Shown: positions 23,900 through 36,583 of the stretch, one piece after another
Position numbering within the stretch: position 1 is the first letter of the stretch
Layout of the letters: each line of letters begins with the position of its first letter
Source of the DNA: Nemertoderma westbladi
Taxonomy: Eukaryota > Animalia > Xenacoelomorpha
Direction of reading: 5' to 3'
DNA: 47,525 nt
NCBI GenBank assembly: GCA_032718475.1
Contig: JAUCBJ010008587.1
Location: 1 to 47,525 of the forward strand
Position numbers and translations under genes: made by a program
The notes under the pieces: generated by a model
Told to the model about the DNA's origin: nothing
The model's database searches: none
What the model saw: the letters and a program-made list of their open reading frames with translations, nothing else

Positions 23900-24078
23900 T
23901 GTTACCGGTACCTGTACGTCAGTACGTTCTGTTACCGGTACCTGTACGTCAGTACGTTCTGTTACCGGTACCTGTACGTCAGTACGTTCTGTTACCGGTA
24001 CCTGTACGTTAGTACGTTCTGTTACCGGTACCTGTACGTCAGTACGTTCTGTTACCGGTACCTGTACGTCAGTACGTT
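23900..24078. repeat. 30-bp tandem repeat x6, ~300 bp upstream of the CCDC25 ATG
   Basis: Unit GTTACCGGTACCTGTACGTCAGTACGTTCT. Confidence 0.95.
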
Positions 24079-24384
24079 TATTTCAAATTTTTATTACCGA
24101 ATGACGGAATGATGTGAATTACGGGAATTCTATTTGTAAAAATATAGAATTTCATATAGGTGGAAGACAGAAATAAATACCGTAACTATCGAGTACCAAT
24201 CCAACAGTCTCACACCGACAGCCAGATAGGCGACAGACCGATACGGCACTAACGGCAGTTCACAGACGTGCAGTTCTGCAGTACATGGAACAGACTCCTG
24301 CAGTCCAGGTGCCAGGACTACACGACTAACCCAGTGGGTTCAACTACTGAACTAGTCCCGCAGTAATACATTTACTCTAATGCA

Positions 24385-27300
24385 ATGGTTTTTTACTTTA
24401 CCAGTACCGGTGAGTTATTTAAAGTTATTTCCGCCCCACGCAAACGCAGCCATTCACTCTAACTCTCAGTATGCTGCTCGGGTGTGTACCGTCTGGCCAC
24501 CACCTTACAACGCAGTGCAGACCTTGGCTGGGCCACCGTCTCCGGCTGACTGACAGCTCAGGCGAATACATACATAGGCTGTACGCAGGTACGGTACCAG
24601 ACCACGCCACTGGCTGGGCTTCCGTCACGTATCTGCGTTCTGCGTATGCATACTTCTACTTCCCTATACGGTACTAGAACTGATAAATCCTGAATTGTCA
24701 TTGCATGACTGATTCAGGCAATCGGGTCAGGGATTCAGAATAATCTATATATATATATTATGATGCTGTACAGTGTGCTGTAGTGGTATTGTAATTCATA
24801 GAATGGTTAGCCCTTATCCCTACCTCCCAGTCCCGTTTGCGGTCTGCAGACAGTACTGCCCTTTACTATAAGTTCCACCTTGATGTTGTGGTTGCATTGA
24901 ATTCACATCTTTCCGAAGGTCGTGGGTTCGATACCCGCATCGCGGCCAAGGCAGTTTTCGTTTCGACACGAATGATTTAAAGGGACTAGCCAGGGCGCAT
25001 CTCTGCCTTCCATCCTTAAGTGGTAGCTAACTGAGTACCGAAGTTTCCTCTGGGGAGTAGAGTTCTAGGGGGACCGCACTGTAAATACAGCGTATAACTT
25101 TTTGCGTAATCCCTGGGCTAACGGCCGAATAAAACTTAACTTTACTTTTCTAGTAGACCACCACTAGGCTACAACATGTTTTTTTTGTTATTATTTTGCA
25201 GTTGTTGACTCTCTCCCTGTGACTATTTACATGGGTCTTGATAAACATGAAAGTAAGTTTTACTTGTTTTTTTTTTATAAATCGACAGAGAAGTGCAGAA
25301 GTGTCCTAATTACCACCTTAATTTATAAGCCTTGCTCTTTACTAACTTACCTACAGCACTATCCTGCTCCTTAGGATATTTTTTCTTTGTTATCGATAGA
25401 TGAAGAACTAATTCGGTGGGGATGGGATGAAGATGTTTGGTTTCATGTTGATAAAATGTCGTCAGCTCATGTGTACTTACGTCTACCTAAAGGTAAGTCA
25501 TCTCCTGTGTGCTGGTATGTATAATACCTGAGTATATTTATTGGCTCTACCTTGGTATTGTAACTTCCAAAGCTATCAGATCCCCTAAGAGGGCATGAAA
25601 TCCTCGGTTTTTATATATAGTATATCATGTATGATAACTCAATATATTGAGATAGCGCGCACTCTACTACTACTACGATCGGCATGCTGCATTGCAGCTG
25701 CATTTTTAAGAATGATGTGCCGGCTTGTCAACAAAATTGCACCGCCACAACTCCCTATCACCCATGACATTTGCTAGATCATCCGCATCTTTAAGGCCAG
25801 TGTCCTTTAAGATGCGTCTCAAGAAAGTAATGGGCTGTCCACCATGCTTATTCACTCCATGAGGCTGCCAAAGTACAAGATTATGCACTGGCTGGTCCTC
25901 ACGGCGAAAGCAATGTCCTGCAAAGCGGAGGCGGTTTTGTTCTAGTGTCAAGCTTGGGGGAACCAATGAGACACATCCAATGTTATATAGTGTCTGGTTG
26001 GAGATGTGTGCATTGTACTTGACACAATGAACACGGCGTAGCATTCTTGTGAATGTGAGCACGCACTCAGTTAACAACTCAATATATTGAGATAGCGAGC
26101 ACTCAACTAACACCTCAATATATTGAGATAGCAAGCACTAAACTATCACCTCAATATATTGAGATAGCGAGCACTCAGTTAACAACTCAATATATTGAGA
26201 TAGCGAGCACTCAACTAACAACTCAATATATTGAGATAGCGAGCACTCAGTCAACAACTCAATATATTGAGATAGCGAGCACTCAGTTAACTACTCAATA
26301 TATTGAGATAGCGCGCACTCAGTTAACTACTCAATATATTGAGATAGCGAGCACTCAGTTAACAACTCAATATATTGAGATAGCGAGCACTCAGTTAACA
26401 ACTCAATATATTGAGATAGCGAGCTCTCAGTTAACAACTCAATATATTGAGATAGCGAGCACTCAGTTAACAACTCAATATATTGAGATAGCGAGCACTC
26501 AGTCAACAACTCAATATATTGAGATAGCGCGCACTCAGTTAACAACTCAATATATTGAGATAGCGAGCACTCAGTTAACAACTCAATATATTGAGATAGC
26601 GCGCACTCAGTTAACAACTCAATATATTGAGATAGCGAGCACTCAACTAACAACTCAATATATTAAGATAGCGAGCACTCAACTATCACCTCAATATATT
26701 GAGATAGCGAGCACTCAACTAACAACTCAATATATTGAGATAGCGAGCACTCAGTTAACAACTCAATATATTGAGATAGCGCGCACTCAGTTAACAACTC
26801 AATATATTGAGATAGCGAGCACTCAACTAACAACTCAATATATTAAGATAGCGAGCACTCAACTATCACCTCAATATATTGAGATAGCGAGCACTCAACT
26901 AACAACTCAATATATTGAGATAGCGAGCACTCAACTAACACCTCAATATATTGAGATAGCGAGCACTCAACTAACAACTCAATATATTGATATAGCAGAC
27001 ATGCCATGTGATTGGTAAGTGAGTTCCATGGCTCTGACCAATGAGAGTTGCCTTCTGCTATGAAATCATTGGCCTAACCGCAGAATAGCCTAATTCCTGA
27101 ATTCACATTAAACAAAATCTTTCAGTAGGTCTACTGGAGTGGCAGACTGGAATATCAGAGTGGTTCTATAGCGCTGCCGCTGAGTACGTGCGGTAGGTAA
27201 GGTATCTTCATCCAGCTATGAATTATTATGTAATTATTCAAATGAGGCTCTAAAAATGGCGCATACCAATAATGACGTATCCTCTATCTCAATATATTGA

Positions 27301-30300
27301 AATAGCGAGCCTACGTGCTCCAGTCCATACTAACTACCAGTTTCTTTTATAATCATTAAGATATGAGTATCACCACAATCCCAGAAGCACTATTGAAAGA
27401 CTGTGCCCAGTTGACAAAAGCTAACAGTATCCAAGGCAACAAAGAATGCAACCTTCGAGTCATTTACACCTCGTGGTCTAACCTTAAAAAATCAAACTCT
27501 ATGGATGTTGGCCAAGTTGGATTCCATAGTGATAAGGCTGTTTATAAAGTCAATGTTGAGAAACGAGTCAATGAAGTCGTGAATCGATTAAATAAAACTA
27601 AAGTAAGTGAGTCTGTCTATTTATGGCTGTTATAGTTACTAACTAAAGTAAGTGAGTCTATTTATGGCTGTTATAGTTACTAAAGTAAGTGAGTCTATTT
27701 ATGGCTGTTATAGTTACTAAAGTAAGTGAGTCTATTTATGGCTGTTATAGTTACTAAAGTAAGTGAGTCTATTTATGGCTGTTATAGTTACTAAAGTAAG
27801 TGAGTCTATTTATGGCTATTATAGTCACTAAAGTAAGTGAGTTTATTTATGGCTATTATAGTTACTAAAGTAAGTGAGTCTATTTATGGCTGTTATAGTT
27901 ACGGCTGTTATAGTTACTAAAGTAAGTGAGTCTATTTATGGCTGTTATAGTTACGGCTGTTATAGTTACTAAAGTAAGTGAGTCTATTTATGGCTGTTAT
28001 AGTTACTAAAGTAAGTGAGTCTATTTATGGCTGTTATAGTTACTAAAGTAAGTGAGTCTATTTATGGCTGTTATAGTTACGGCTGTTATAGTTACTAAAG
28101 TAAGTGAGTCTATTTATGGCTGTTATAGTTACTAAAGTAAGTGAGTCTATTTATGGCTGTTATAGTTACTAAAGTAAGTGAGTCTATTTATGGCTGTTAT
28201 AGTTACTAAAGTAAGTGAGTCTATTTATGGCTGTTATAGTTACTAAAGTAAGTGAGTCTATTTATGGCTGTTATAGTTACTAAAGTAAGTGAGTCTATTT
28301 ATGGCTGTTATAGTTACGGCTGTTATAGTTACTAAAGTAAGTGAGTCTATTTATGGCTGTTATAGTTACGGCTGTTATAGTTACTAAAGTAAGTGAGTCT
28401 ATTTATGGCTGTTATAGTTACTAAAGTAAGTGAGTCTATTTATGGCTGTTATAGTTACGGCTGTTATAGTTACTAAAGTAAGTGAGTCTATTTATGGCTG
28501 TTATAGTTACTAAAGTAAGTGAGTCTATTTATGGCTGTTATAGTTACTAAAGTAAGTGAGTCTATTTATGGCTGTTATAGTTATGGCTGTTATAGTTACT
28601 AACTAAAGTAAGTGAGTCTATTTATGGCTGTTATAGTTACTAAAGTAAGTGAGTCTATTTATGGCTGTTATAGTTATGGCTGTTATAGTTACTAACTAAA
28701 GTAAGTGAGTCTATTTATGGCTGTTATAGTTATGGCTGTTATAGTTACTAACTAAAGTAAGTGAGTCTATTTATGGCTGTTATAGTTACTAAAGTAAGTG
28801 AGTCTATTTATGGCTGTTATAGTTATGGCTGTTATAGTTACTAACTAAAGTAAGTGAGTCTATTTATGGCTGTTATAGTTACTAAAGTAAGTGAGTCTAT
28901 TTATGGCTGTTATAGTTACTAAAGTAAGTGAGTCTATTTATGGCTGTTATAGTTACTAAAGTAAGTGAGTCTATTTATGGCTGTTATAGTTACTAAAGTA
29001 AGTGAGTCTATTTATGGCTGTTATAGTTACGGCTGTTATAGTTACTAAAGTAAGTGAGTCTATTTATGGCTGTTATAGTTACTAAAGTAAGTGAGTCTAT
29101 TTATGGCTGTTATAGTTATGGCTGTTATAGTTACTAAAGTAAGTGAGTCTATTCATGGCTGTTATAGTTACTAAAGTAAGTGAGTCTATTTATGATAGTT
29201 ACTAAAGTAAGTGAGTCTATTCATGGCTGTTATAGTTACTAACTAAAGTAAGTGAGTCTATTTATGGCTGTTATAGTTACTAAAGTAAGTGAGTCTATTT
29301 ATGGCTGTTATAGTTATGGCTGTTATAGTTACTAACTAAAGTAAGTGAGTCTATTTATGGCTGTTATAGTTACTAAAGTAAGTGAGTCTATTTATGGCTG
29401 TTATAGTTATGGCTGTTATAGTTACTAACTAAAGTAAGTGAGTCTATTTATGGCTGTTATAGTTACTAAAGTAAGTGAGTCTATTTATGGCTGTTATAGT
29501 TACTAAAGTAAGTGAGTCTATTTATGGCTGTTATAGTTACTAAAGTAAGTGAGTCTATTTATGGCTGTTATAGTTACGGCTGTTATAGTTACTAAAGTAA
29601 GTGAGTCTATTTATGGCTGTTATAGTTACTAAAGTAAGTGAGTCTATTTATGGCTGTTATAGTTACTAAAGTAAGTGAGTCTATTTATGGCTGTTATAGT
29701 TATGGCTGTTATAGTTACTAAAGTAAGTGAGTCTATTCATGGCTGTTATAGTTACTAAAGTAAGTGAGTCTATTTATGGCTGTTATAGTTACTAACTAAA
29801 GTAAGTGAGTCTATTTATGGCTGTTATAGTTACTAAAGTAAGTGAGTCTATTTATGGCTATTATAGTTACTAAAGTAAGTGAGTCTATTTATGGCTGTTA
29901 TAGTTACGGCTGTTATAGTTACTAAAGTAAGTGAGTCTATTTATGGCTGTTATAGTTACGGCTGTTATAGTTACTAAAGTAAGTGAGTCTATTTATGATA
30001 GTTACTAAAGTAAGTGAGTCTATTTATGGCTGTTATAGTTGCGGCTGTTATAGTTACTAAAGTAAGTGAGTCTATTTATGATAGTTACTAAAGTAAGTGA
30101 GTCTATTTATGGCTGTTATAGTTACGGCTGTTATAGTTACTAAAGTAAGTGAGTCTATTTATGATAGTTACTAAAGTAAGTGAGTCTATTCATGGCTGTT
30201 ATAGTTACTAAAGTAAGTGAGTCTATTTATGATAGTTACTAAAGTAAGTGAGTCTATTCATGGCTGTTATAGTTACTAAAGTAAGTGAGTCTATTTATGG

Positions 30301-33300
30301 CTATTATAGTTACTAAAGTAAGTGAGTCTATTTATGGCTGTTATAGTTACGGCTGTTATAGTTACTAAAGTAAGTGAGTCTATTTATGGCTGTTATAGTT
30401 ACTAACTAAAGTAAGTGAGTCTATTTATGGCTGTTATAGTTACTAAAGTAAGTGAGTCTATTTATGGCTGTTATAGTTACGGCTGTTATAGTTACTAAAG
30501 TAAGTGAGTCTATTTATGGCTGTTATAGTTACGGCTGTTATAGTTACTAAAGTAAGTGAGTCTATTTATGGCTATTATAGTTACTAAAGTAAGTGAGTCT
30601 ATTTATGGCTATTATAGTTACTAAAGTAAGTGAGTCTATTTATGGCTGTTATAGTTACTAAAGTAAGTGAGTCTATTTATGGCTGTTATAGTTACTAAAG
30701 TAAGTGAGTCTATTTATGGCTGTTATAGTTACTAAAGTAAGTGAGTCTATTTATGGCTGTTATAGTTACAGGCCTCCCAGAGTATCCTTTTTTCCTTTTT
30801 TTTCCTTTATTTTAAAACGTTTCCTTTTTTTCCTCTTTTTTTTAGAACGTTTCCTTTTTTCCTTTTTTTGTCCATTTTCACACATTTTTTTCCTCTTTTT
30901 TTTGGTTTAGAAGATCAACTTCAGCTTGCTGTTGATATTGACAAGGTTATAACAGAGATTGACGGGCATAATAATGCCGATTTTTATTTTGAGTGTTTAT
31001 TTTGACAAAAATCACAAGCTAAGTTACCATAAAAATGTAGCAGTTGAGGGAACTGTAAATTTATTTATTTTCTGAAGGGGGATATAATATGATTGACACA
31101 AAACCCGCCTTGGTGAATTAATATTGTTGTTTTTTAATTTAGGGAAAGGAACAAGTTGCAGTGGTAGTCTATTCTAACCAAAACAATAAAGTAAAGCCTA
31201 TAACAAGGGTTATAGTTTCATTTTTGCTCATAATCACCTATTATTTGCATCCGTTTTCCCCTGGAGATGGATGAATTTTGATTGAGTCTAAAATTATTTT
31301 TGTTATTTATATAAATGTAGCCACGACCAGAAATCCGTACCAAAGTTTTTGGGCCTTATATTTCTTTCAAACTAAAGTTCTATTTACAATTTATTGATAA
31401 ACCTCTATCAATGGCCATCAATAGGCCGAATTCAACCATCTCTGATAACTAGGCAAAAAGGTGAAAATTAGAAACATACAGTGACGTTTCTTAATAAGCC
31501 TATATATATAAGGTTAATGAAATATAATGTTTACTATCCTTTTTTAAAGATAATATCAATTCAGTTTTTCCCTTTTTCTGAACTGCATCCTATCCTTTTT
31601 TCCCTTTTTTTTGAAAATATAAATTCCTTTTTTCCTTTTTTTATAGTTACTAAAGTAAGTGAGTCTATTTATAGTTATTATACTGTACATGTAGTTAGTA
31701 AAGTAAGTGAGTAGTGTGATAATATTTTACTTGAAATTGGAAATTGGCGAAAAAGTTAAAAACTAATTGCCTTATGCAACCCAAAAGGTTCCGCATCAGC
31801 AGCAAAACTGCCGATATCGATTCGACTTTCTGGGGTTATCCTGGTCTCTCCAACAGAAAGTGGACGGATGCAAACCAGACCAGCAGACATGTTACCACGA
31901 GGTTCAGTATACATGGATTCCACCATATGCTGTTCTAGAAATTTTCACCGACCAGACTCATCTTGTGTTTGCTCTCTATGTGGTGATGGTGAGACCGCCA
32001 CATTGTTTCACCTTCTGGACTGTACTTCTAACTCAAGGTCGCTAAAGGAATGGGCAGTTGAATATTAATTAATTTATTGAATTAATTTATTTATTTTTTA
32101 GAATGTATTATGTAGGCCAATGTTTTTTTTGTTAATAATAATAATTTATTTTACTATTGTGCTATTGTGTACCTTCATGCAAATTTGGTGTACGAAATTA
32201 AACTAAATTAAATTAAAATAGTTAACTATGACTAATATCTATATTTATTACTCTCGGAACAGGAAAGTTACAAAAGGAACAGGACTACTAGTTCCTGTTC
32301 CTCGGGTTAAAATAACCGGAACAATAACAAAATACCAGGGTTATAAATGTGTTGTTACCAACTAATCTCGGAAAAAATAACCAACTACATCATGTTTATA
32401 TCAAGAAGTCACTATTAATTTACAATACAACAAACCCATCCAGATACCCTAGATTTCTAAAAGGGGTTTGTTTGGAGGTAGAAATATAAAAATGGAGCTT
32501 GGAAATTTTGGGGGGAGACACTAATTAAAAATTAATAAATAACACGAGCGGCCAAGGCATAAAATAAATAAATAACATGATCGGGCCTAGGCCTAACAAT
32601 TTCCCCCTGACGGGGTAAACTGGAATAAAGTAAAAAAAACAAATAAGTTATATAATAGATTAAATAATAAAGTAATATAAAATAAATGATAGAAAATACT
32701 GAATCGGGAATTTGGTGAAACACAATGTAGACAGAACCATTCGTGTGAGAATAGGTGAAGAGACGCATTGATGCATCTTAGCGATTTATTGCACACGCAA
32801 TGCATATTTTTATTTTATCACCAGCATTTATCTTTGTATAAAAAATAGCAGAAAATGTATGTAAAGTAGGCCTAACCCAAACTCTTCGATGCAATAAATT
32901 CTGCCAGCCCTTGATTTTTTGTACTAAAAGTACAAAATTCAATGAAACCCAAGTTTTCGAAACCAGTGCATGCGCGAGGCGCGAAAGGGAAAAAATAATT
33001 CACAAAAAATAATCACACACATTGTATTTTCTTATAGGGAGGGGTAACCTAAAATGTTAAAATTAAATACCGGTAACATATAGTAGGTCTACATTACACG
33101 TAGATTGCGGTAAAAATTCTACATATTAACGCCAACAGTAATAGGACTACCGATTTCCCAACTTACTGTAGACCTATGTAATATTACTCTTAAATTGTTA
33201 GCGTACTCTTTCGATCGAATATACCCAAAAATCGGGAAAAAGAGGTACTTTTTCCATAGGAAAATAGTAACCCATACGATTGCATTAATTTTACTTTTTT

Positions 33301-35586
33301 CCCGGCGAAAAAAGGAAATTAAAATATTTTGGTGTCATTTTTAAATTTTATTAATTGTGTTGCAAGAGCATCGACGTAGAAAAGGTTTGCAAGTAATTTG
33401 TGCTAAATCTATGCACGCACTCAAAAGTTATTGTAACTTTAGGAATTACAAGGCGTACTCCAAAATGGAACCCAATATTGGTTTATGTAGTTTAGTGGCT
33501 CTCTAGTTACGTAATAAATATTCGAGAACATTGAATTATTTAACGTTGAGTAATCAGAATCAGGAGTTAAAGAGTAAGATAATTTGAATCGCAGTAACTA
33601 TGGAAGCCACATAATAAAATACTACAGCTTAATTTATTTTGTAACTCTATATCGCTGTACGTTATATTAAAGAATTAAGTAACAAAAGAGTACCAATTTA
33701 AGAATTAAATTACGTATTACATGAGAAAAAAAGTAGAACATTTTTTTCTCAATATTCTCTCGAACCTTTATTAACCTCGGTGGAGCTCGGCAAATAAAAT
33801 GCCTCGAGAATAAATTAAAAAAGTTCTACTTTTTTTCCCATTTAATAAATAATTATTTATTCTTAAATTGTTACCTTTTCGCTCGAATTTAGACCCAAAT
33901 CGGGAGAAAAAGTTTAACTTTTTTTCTTGGCGAAAAAAGTAAAATATAATGTTTGTGGTGGAATTTCTTAAATTTTATTACCGTTGTACCGGAACCGTAG
34001 TTCTACAGCATTGTGCAGTATGTAAACCTACGTTATTTACAACTGGTAGGTACAAGTCTGGCAGTCTGGTACGTTCGTCTTTACGGTAGAATCGTAAAAA
34101 CCATAGCCTTCTATCTATACACCTCCTGTATAACCTTCTTCCAGAATGGCATTCCTGCATTCATGATCAGGAATCAGGATGCTGCTGCCCATAATTTTCA
34201 AACACTGAAAGTAAAAGATCTCTGGGTAGGCTGAGTTGAGTGTGCTATCTGAACTTGTAGTGTACCAGTACTGCATTTCCCCTTTAGTGTGCCAGTACTG
34301 GTACATTAAGTTATTGCTCAATACAGCAATATGTTCTGTTCAGTAGGTCTACCGGTCATGTAGGTTCTGTAGTTGTAAGGCAGTGATGTGATTGAGACAT
34401 TAAAGTAGGCTGGGGTACCGCTACCGGTACTGTACGATGCATGCAGTCAGTTTACCTACACTCTGAACAGAATACATACCATAGGCCTACAGTAGTCTTA
34501 TTCTTACAACTTTCACTTTCACTCATGTCAGTAAAGGTACCGGTAAGCTAACTACTGTATTCACAACACGGCAAACAGGCATAAATATAATTTCAACATG
34601 CAGATATCGTAGTGTTACGGTGGCTGATCTTTGCCAATTAATTTATTTTTTATTATTTTTTTTTCAGAAGTTTTCCATGACGTCATATTTTATGGTCGAC
34701 CAAAAATTATTAATTTATGGTCGACCATAAATTAATTTCTGGAAGTTTGAATTTCCCGGTACCGGTACCTTGTACGGCGAGATTTGGACAGGCCATTCAT
34801 GGGTTACTTTAAGTAATTACATTAAAAAAACGTGCAATTGGATGGTTTCCCACTACCCTAACCAATGAATGGCCAGTCAAAATCTCGACCTACAAGTTAC
34901 CGGGAAATTCAAACTACATATTCAACATAAATTAATAGGCCTAATTTTTGTTCGACCTTAAATTAATTTATGGTCGACATTTAAATTAATTTTTCTAATT
35001 AATATTTCGAATATGAAAATATGAAAATTAATGTTTCGACCATAAATTATGACGTCATGGAGAACTTATGAAAAAAAGTAAAAAAACAATTAATTAATTG
35101 GCAAAGATCAGCCACCGTATAGTGTTGTAAAATAAATGTGTTATTTTTTCCTAGGATTAAATAACATTATTTTTATAAATGTCAACAACCTGCATTATTT
35201 TAATATTTTAATTATTAATTAATTATTTATTTATTTATCCTAACAATTTTACATTGGTGCCCGAATGCCAACACCATGGCGTGTTTCAGATAATATAAAT
35301 GGACCAAAGTGTCGGTATATATTTATTTACTTTGATTTTTACTGTTTGTTAATAATTTGAATAGGTGGAACGCTTTCCCGAGTTACGTGTAGAAAGGGAA
35401 CAAAGGGATTCGTTATTGAGGCGAGAGCAGCATAAAGTAGAACAACAGAGACGGGCGGATAATAAGGAGAAAGAGCAACAAAGGAGGCAACAAGCGGACA
35501 CTCAGAGTTATAAAACATTGTTCGAAACAGCCGAAATGACCAGCAATAAAGATGCGACTGGCTACGATTCGGATGATTTTATGTAG
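24385..35586 (+). CDS. CCDC25: Coiled-coil domain-containing protein 25 (NFACT-R domain; 210 aa). Exons 24385-24409, 25202-25252, 25400-25492, 27361-27602, 35365-35586
   Basis: Spliced product [92 protein letters not shown]. All introns are GT-AG, phases agree, total 633 nt. Confidence 0.96.
24875..25150 (+). mobile_element. tRNA-derived SINE in CCDC25 intron 1
   Basis: B-box GGTTCGATACC (~24925), central CTCTGCCTTCCATCCTT...TGAGTACC block resembling the conserved Meta-SINE-type core, AATAAA and a short (ACTTT)n-like tail. Confidence 0.65.
25665..26057 (-). mobile_element. 5'-truncated RTE LINE copy in CCDC25 intron 3
   Basis: Reverse complement of 42180-42546 with a (TAG)n tail; 11-bp TSD with one mismatch, AGCGCGCACTC (25654-25664) / AGCACGCACTC (26058-26068). 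Confidence 0.9.
26059..26996. repeat. 36-bp minisatellite, ~26 units, with palindromic core CTCAATATATTGAG
   Basis: Unit ACTCAATATATTGAGATAGCGAGCACTCAGTTAACA; extra units at ~25637 and ~27285. Confidence 0.96.
27597..30768. repeat. 37-bp minisatellite derived from the CCDC25 exon4/intron4 junction (~75-80 units, estimated from length)
   Basis: Unit ACTAAA|GTAAGTGAGTCTATTTATGGCTGTTATAGTT, with longer and shorter variants; resumes at 31642-31712. Confidence 0.97.
30769..31641. mobile_element. hAT-like non-autonomous insertion within the 37-bp array; right terminus not recognisable
   Basis: Begins CAGGCCTCCC; TTCCTTTTTT subterminal repeats at both ends; TATAGTTA on both sides (30761-30768, 31642-31649), although that 8-mer is also part of the array unit. 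Confidence 0.5.
31745..32200 (+). mobile_element. 3' remnant of a non-LTR retrotransposon (C-terminal zinc knuckle and AT-rich tail)
   Basis: [18 protein letters not shown] motif before the stop at 32068. Confidence 0.45.
33190..33980. repeat. Dispersed AT-rich repeat, copy B (with a partial third unit from ~33860)
   Basis: Collinear similarity to 13470-14130. Confidence 0.75.
34616..35119. mobile_element. Palindromic MITE (504 bp) with TAC...GTA termini and 6-bp TSD TAGTGT (IS3EU-like signature)
   Basis: TACGGTGGCTGATCTTTGCCAATTAATT ... AATTAATTGGCAAAGATCAGCCACCGTA; TAGTGT at 34610-34615 and 35120-35125; arms complementary over most of their length. Confidence 0.88.
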
Positions 35587-35992
35587 ATATAAGTTGAAGT
35601 CGAGGCTATTTATATTATAACATCTCGGTTTAACTTCTGTGATGCAGTGTATAGAAAAGAACATTCCTGTATTGGTTTATAAGAAGGTCGTATAATTCTT
35701 ATTAATCATTTTGCATATATTTAAATACCAATAATTATCTAAATTTGAAAATTTATATGACATATATATTTGAACTGCAAAGCTCGAATTCACTTTTATA
35801 ATTGTCTTCTAAAATGGATGGGCGATTATCTGGCCGTAGCGACCAATTTATTGAATTGCAAAATCTATGAACAAGAAACATACGAGGCAATTCCAAGATT
35901 CTTCTATCTCTTACCTGTACTTTTCAGGGAAGGCGCTACTTTTACTCAGGCCAGGCATCCTTCTCAGTATGTGGGAGGGGAGGGGGGCAAGG

Positions 35993-36583
35993 TAAGGCGC
36001 GTAAGCTGAAAAGCGAGTAAGGTGTAAAGCGAGTAAGGTGTAAAGCGCGTAAAGGTGTAAAGCGCGTAAGGTGTAAAGTGCGTAAGGTGTAAAGCGCGTA
36101 AGGAGTAAAGCGCATTAGGTGTAAAGCGCGTAAGGTGTAAAGCGCGTAAGGTGTAAAGCGCATTAGGTGTAAAGCGCGTAAGGTGTAAAGCGCGTAAGGA
36201 GTAAAGCGCATAAGGTGTGAAGCGCGTAAGGTGTAAAACGCGTAAGGTGTAAAGCGCGTAAAGTGTTAAGCGCGTATGGTGTAAAGCAAGTGCGTAAGGT
36301 GTAAAGCGCATTAGGTGTAAAGCGCGTAAGGTGTAAAGCGCGTAAGGTGTAAAGCGCGTTAGGTGTAAAGCGCGTAAGGTGTAAAGCGCGTAAGGTGTTA
36401 AGCGCGTATGGTGTAAAGCGCGTAAGGTGTAAAGCGCGTAAGGTGTTAAGTGCGTATGGTGTAAAGCGCGTAAGGTGTAAAGCGCGTAAGGTGTAAAGCG
36501 CGTAAGGTGTTAAGTGCGTATGGTGTAAAGCGCGTAAGGTGTAAAGCGCGTAAGGTGTTAAGCGCGTATGGTGTAAAGCGCGT
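35993..36583. repeat. 16-bp minisatellite (AAGGTGTAAAGCGCGT), ~37 units
   Basis: Direct tandem array downstream of CCDC25. Confidence 0.96.

Noticed and set aside
7521-30768. CRISPR-like appearance of 27-37-bp repeats with hairpins
   Set aside because: No unique spacers, no cas genes, and a spliceosomal eukaryotic context.
15590-35586. Functional clustering of NMD3 and CCDC25 (both translation-associated) as a bidirectional pair
   Set aside because: The starts are 7.3 kb apart with TEs between them; nothing in the sequence shows co-regulation.
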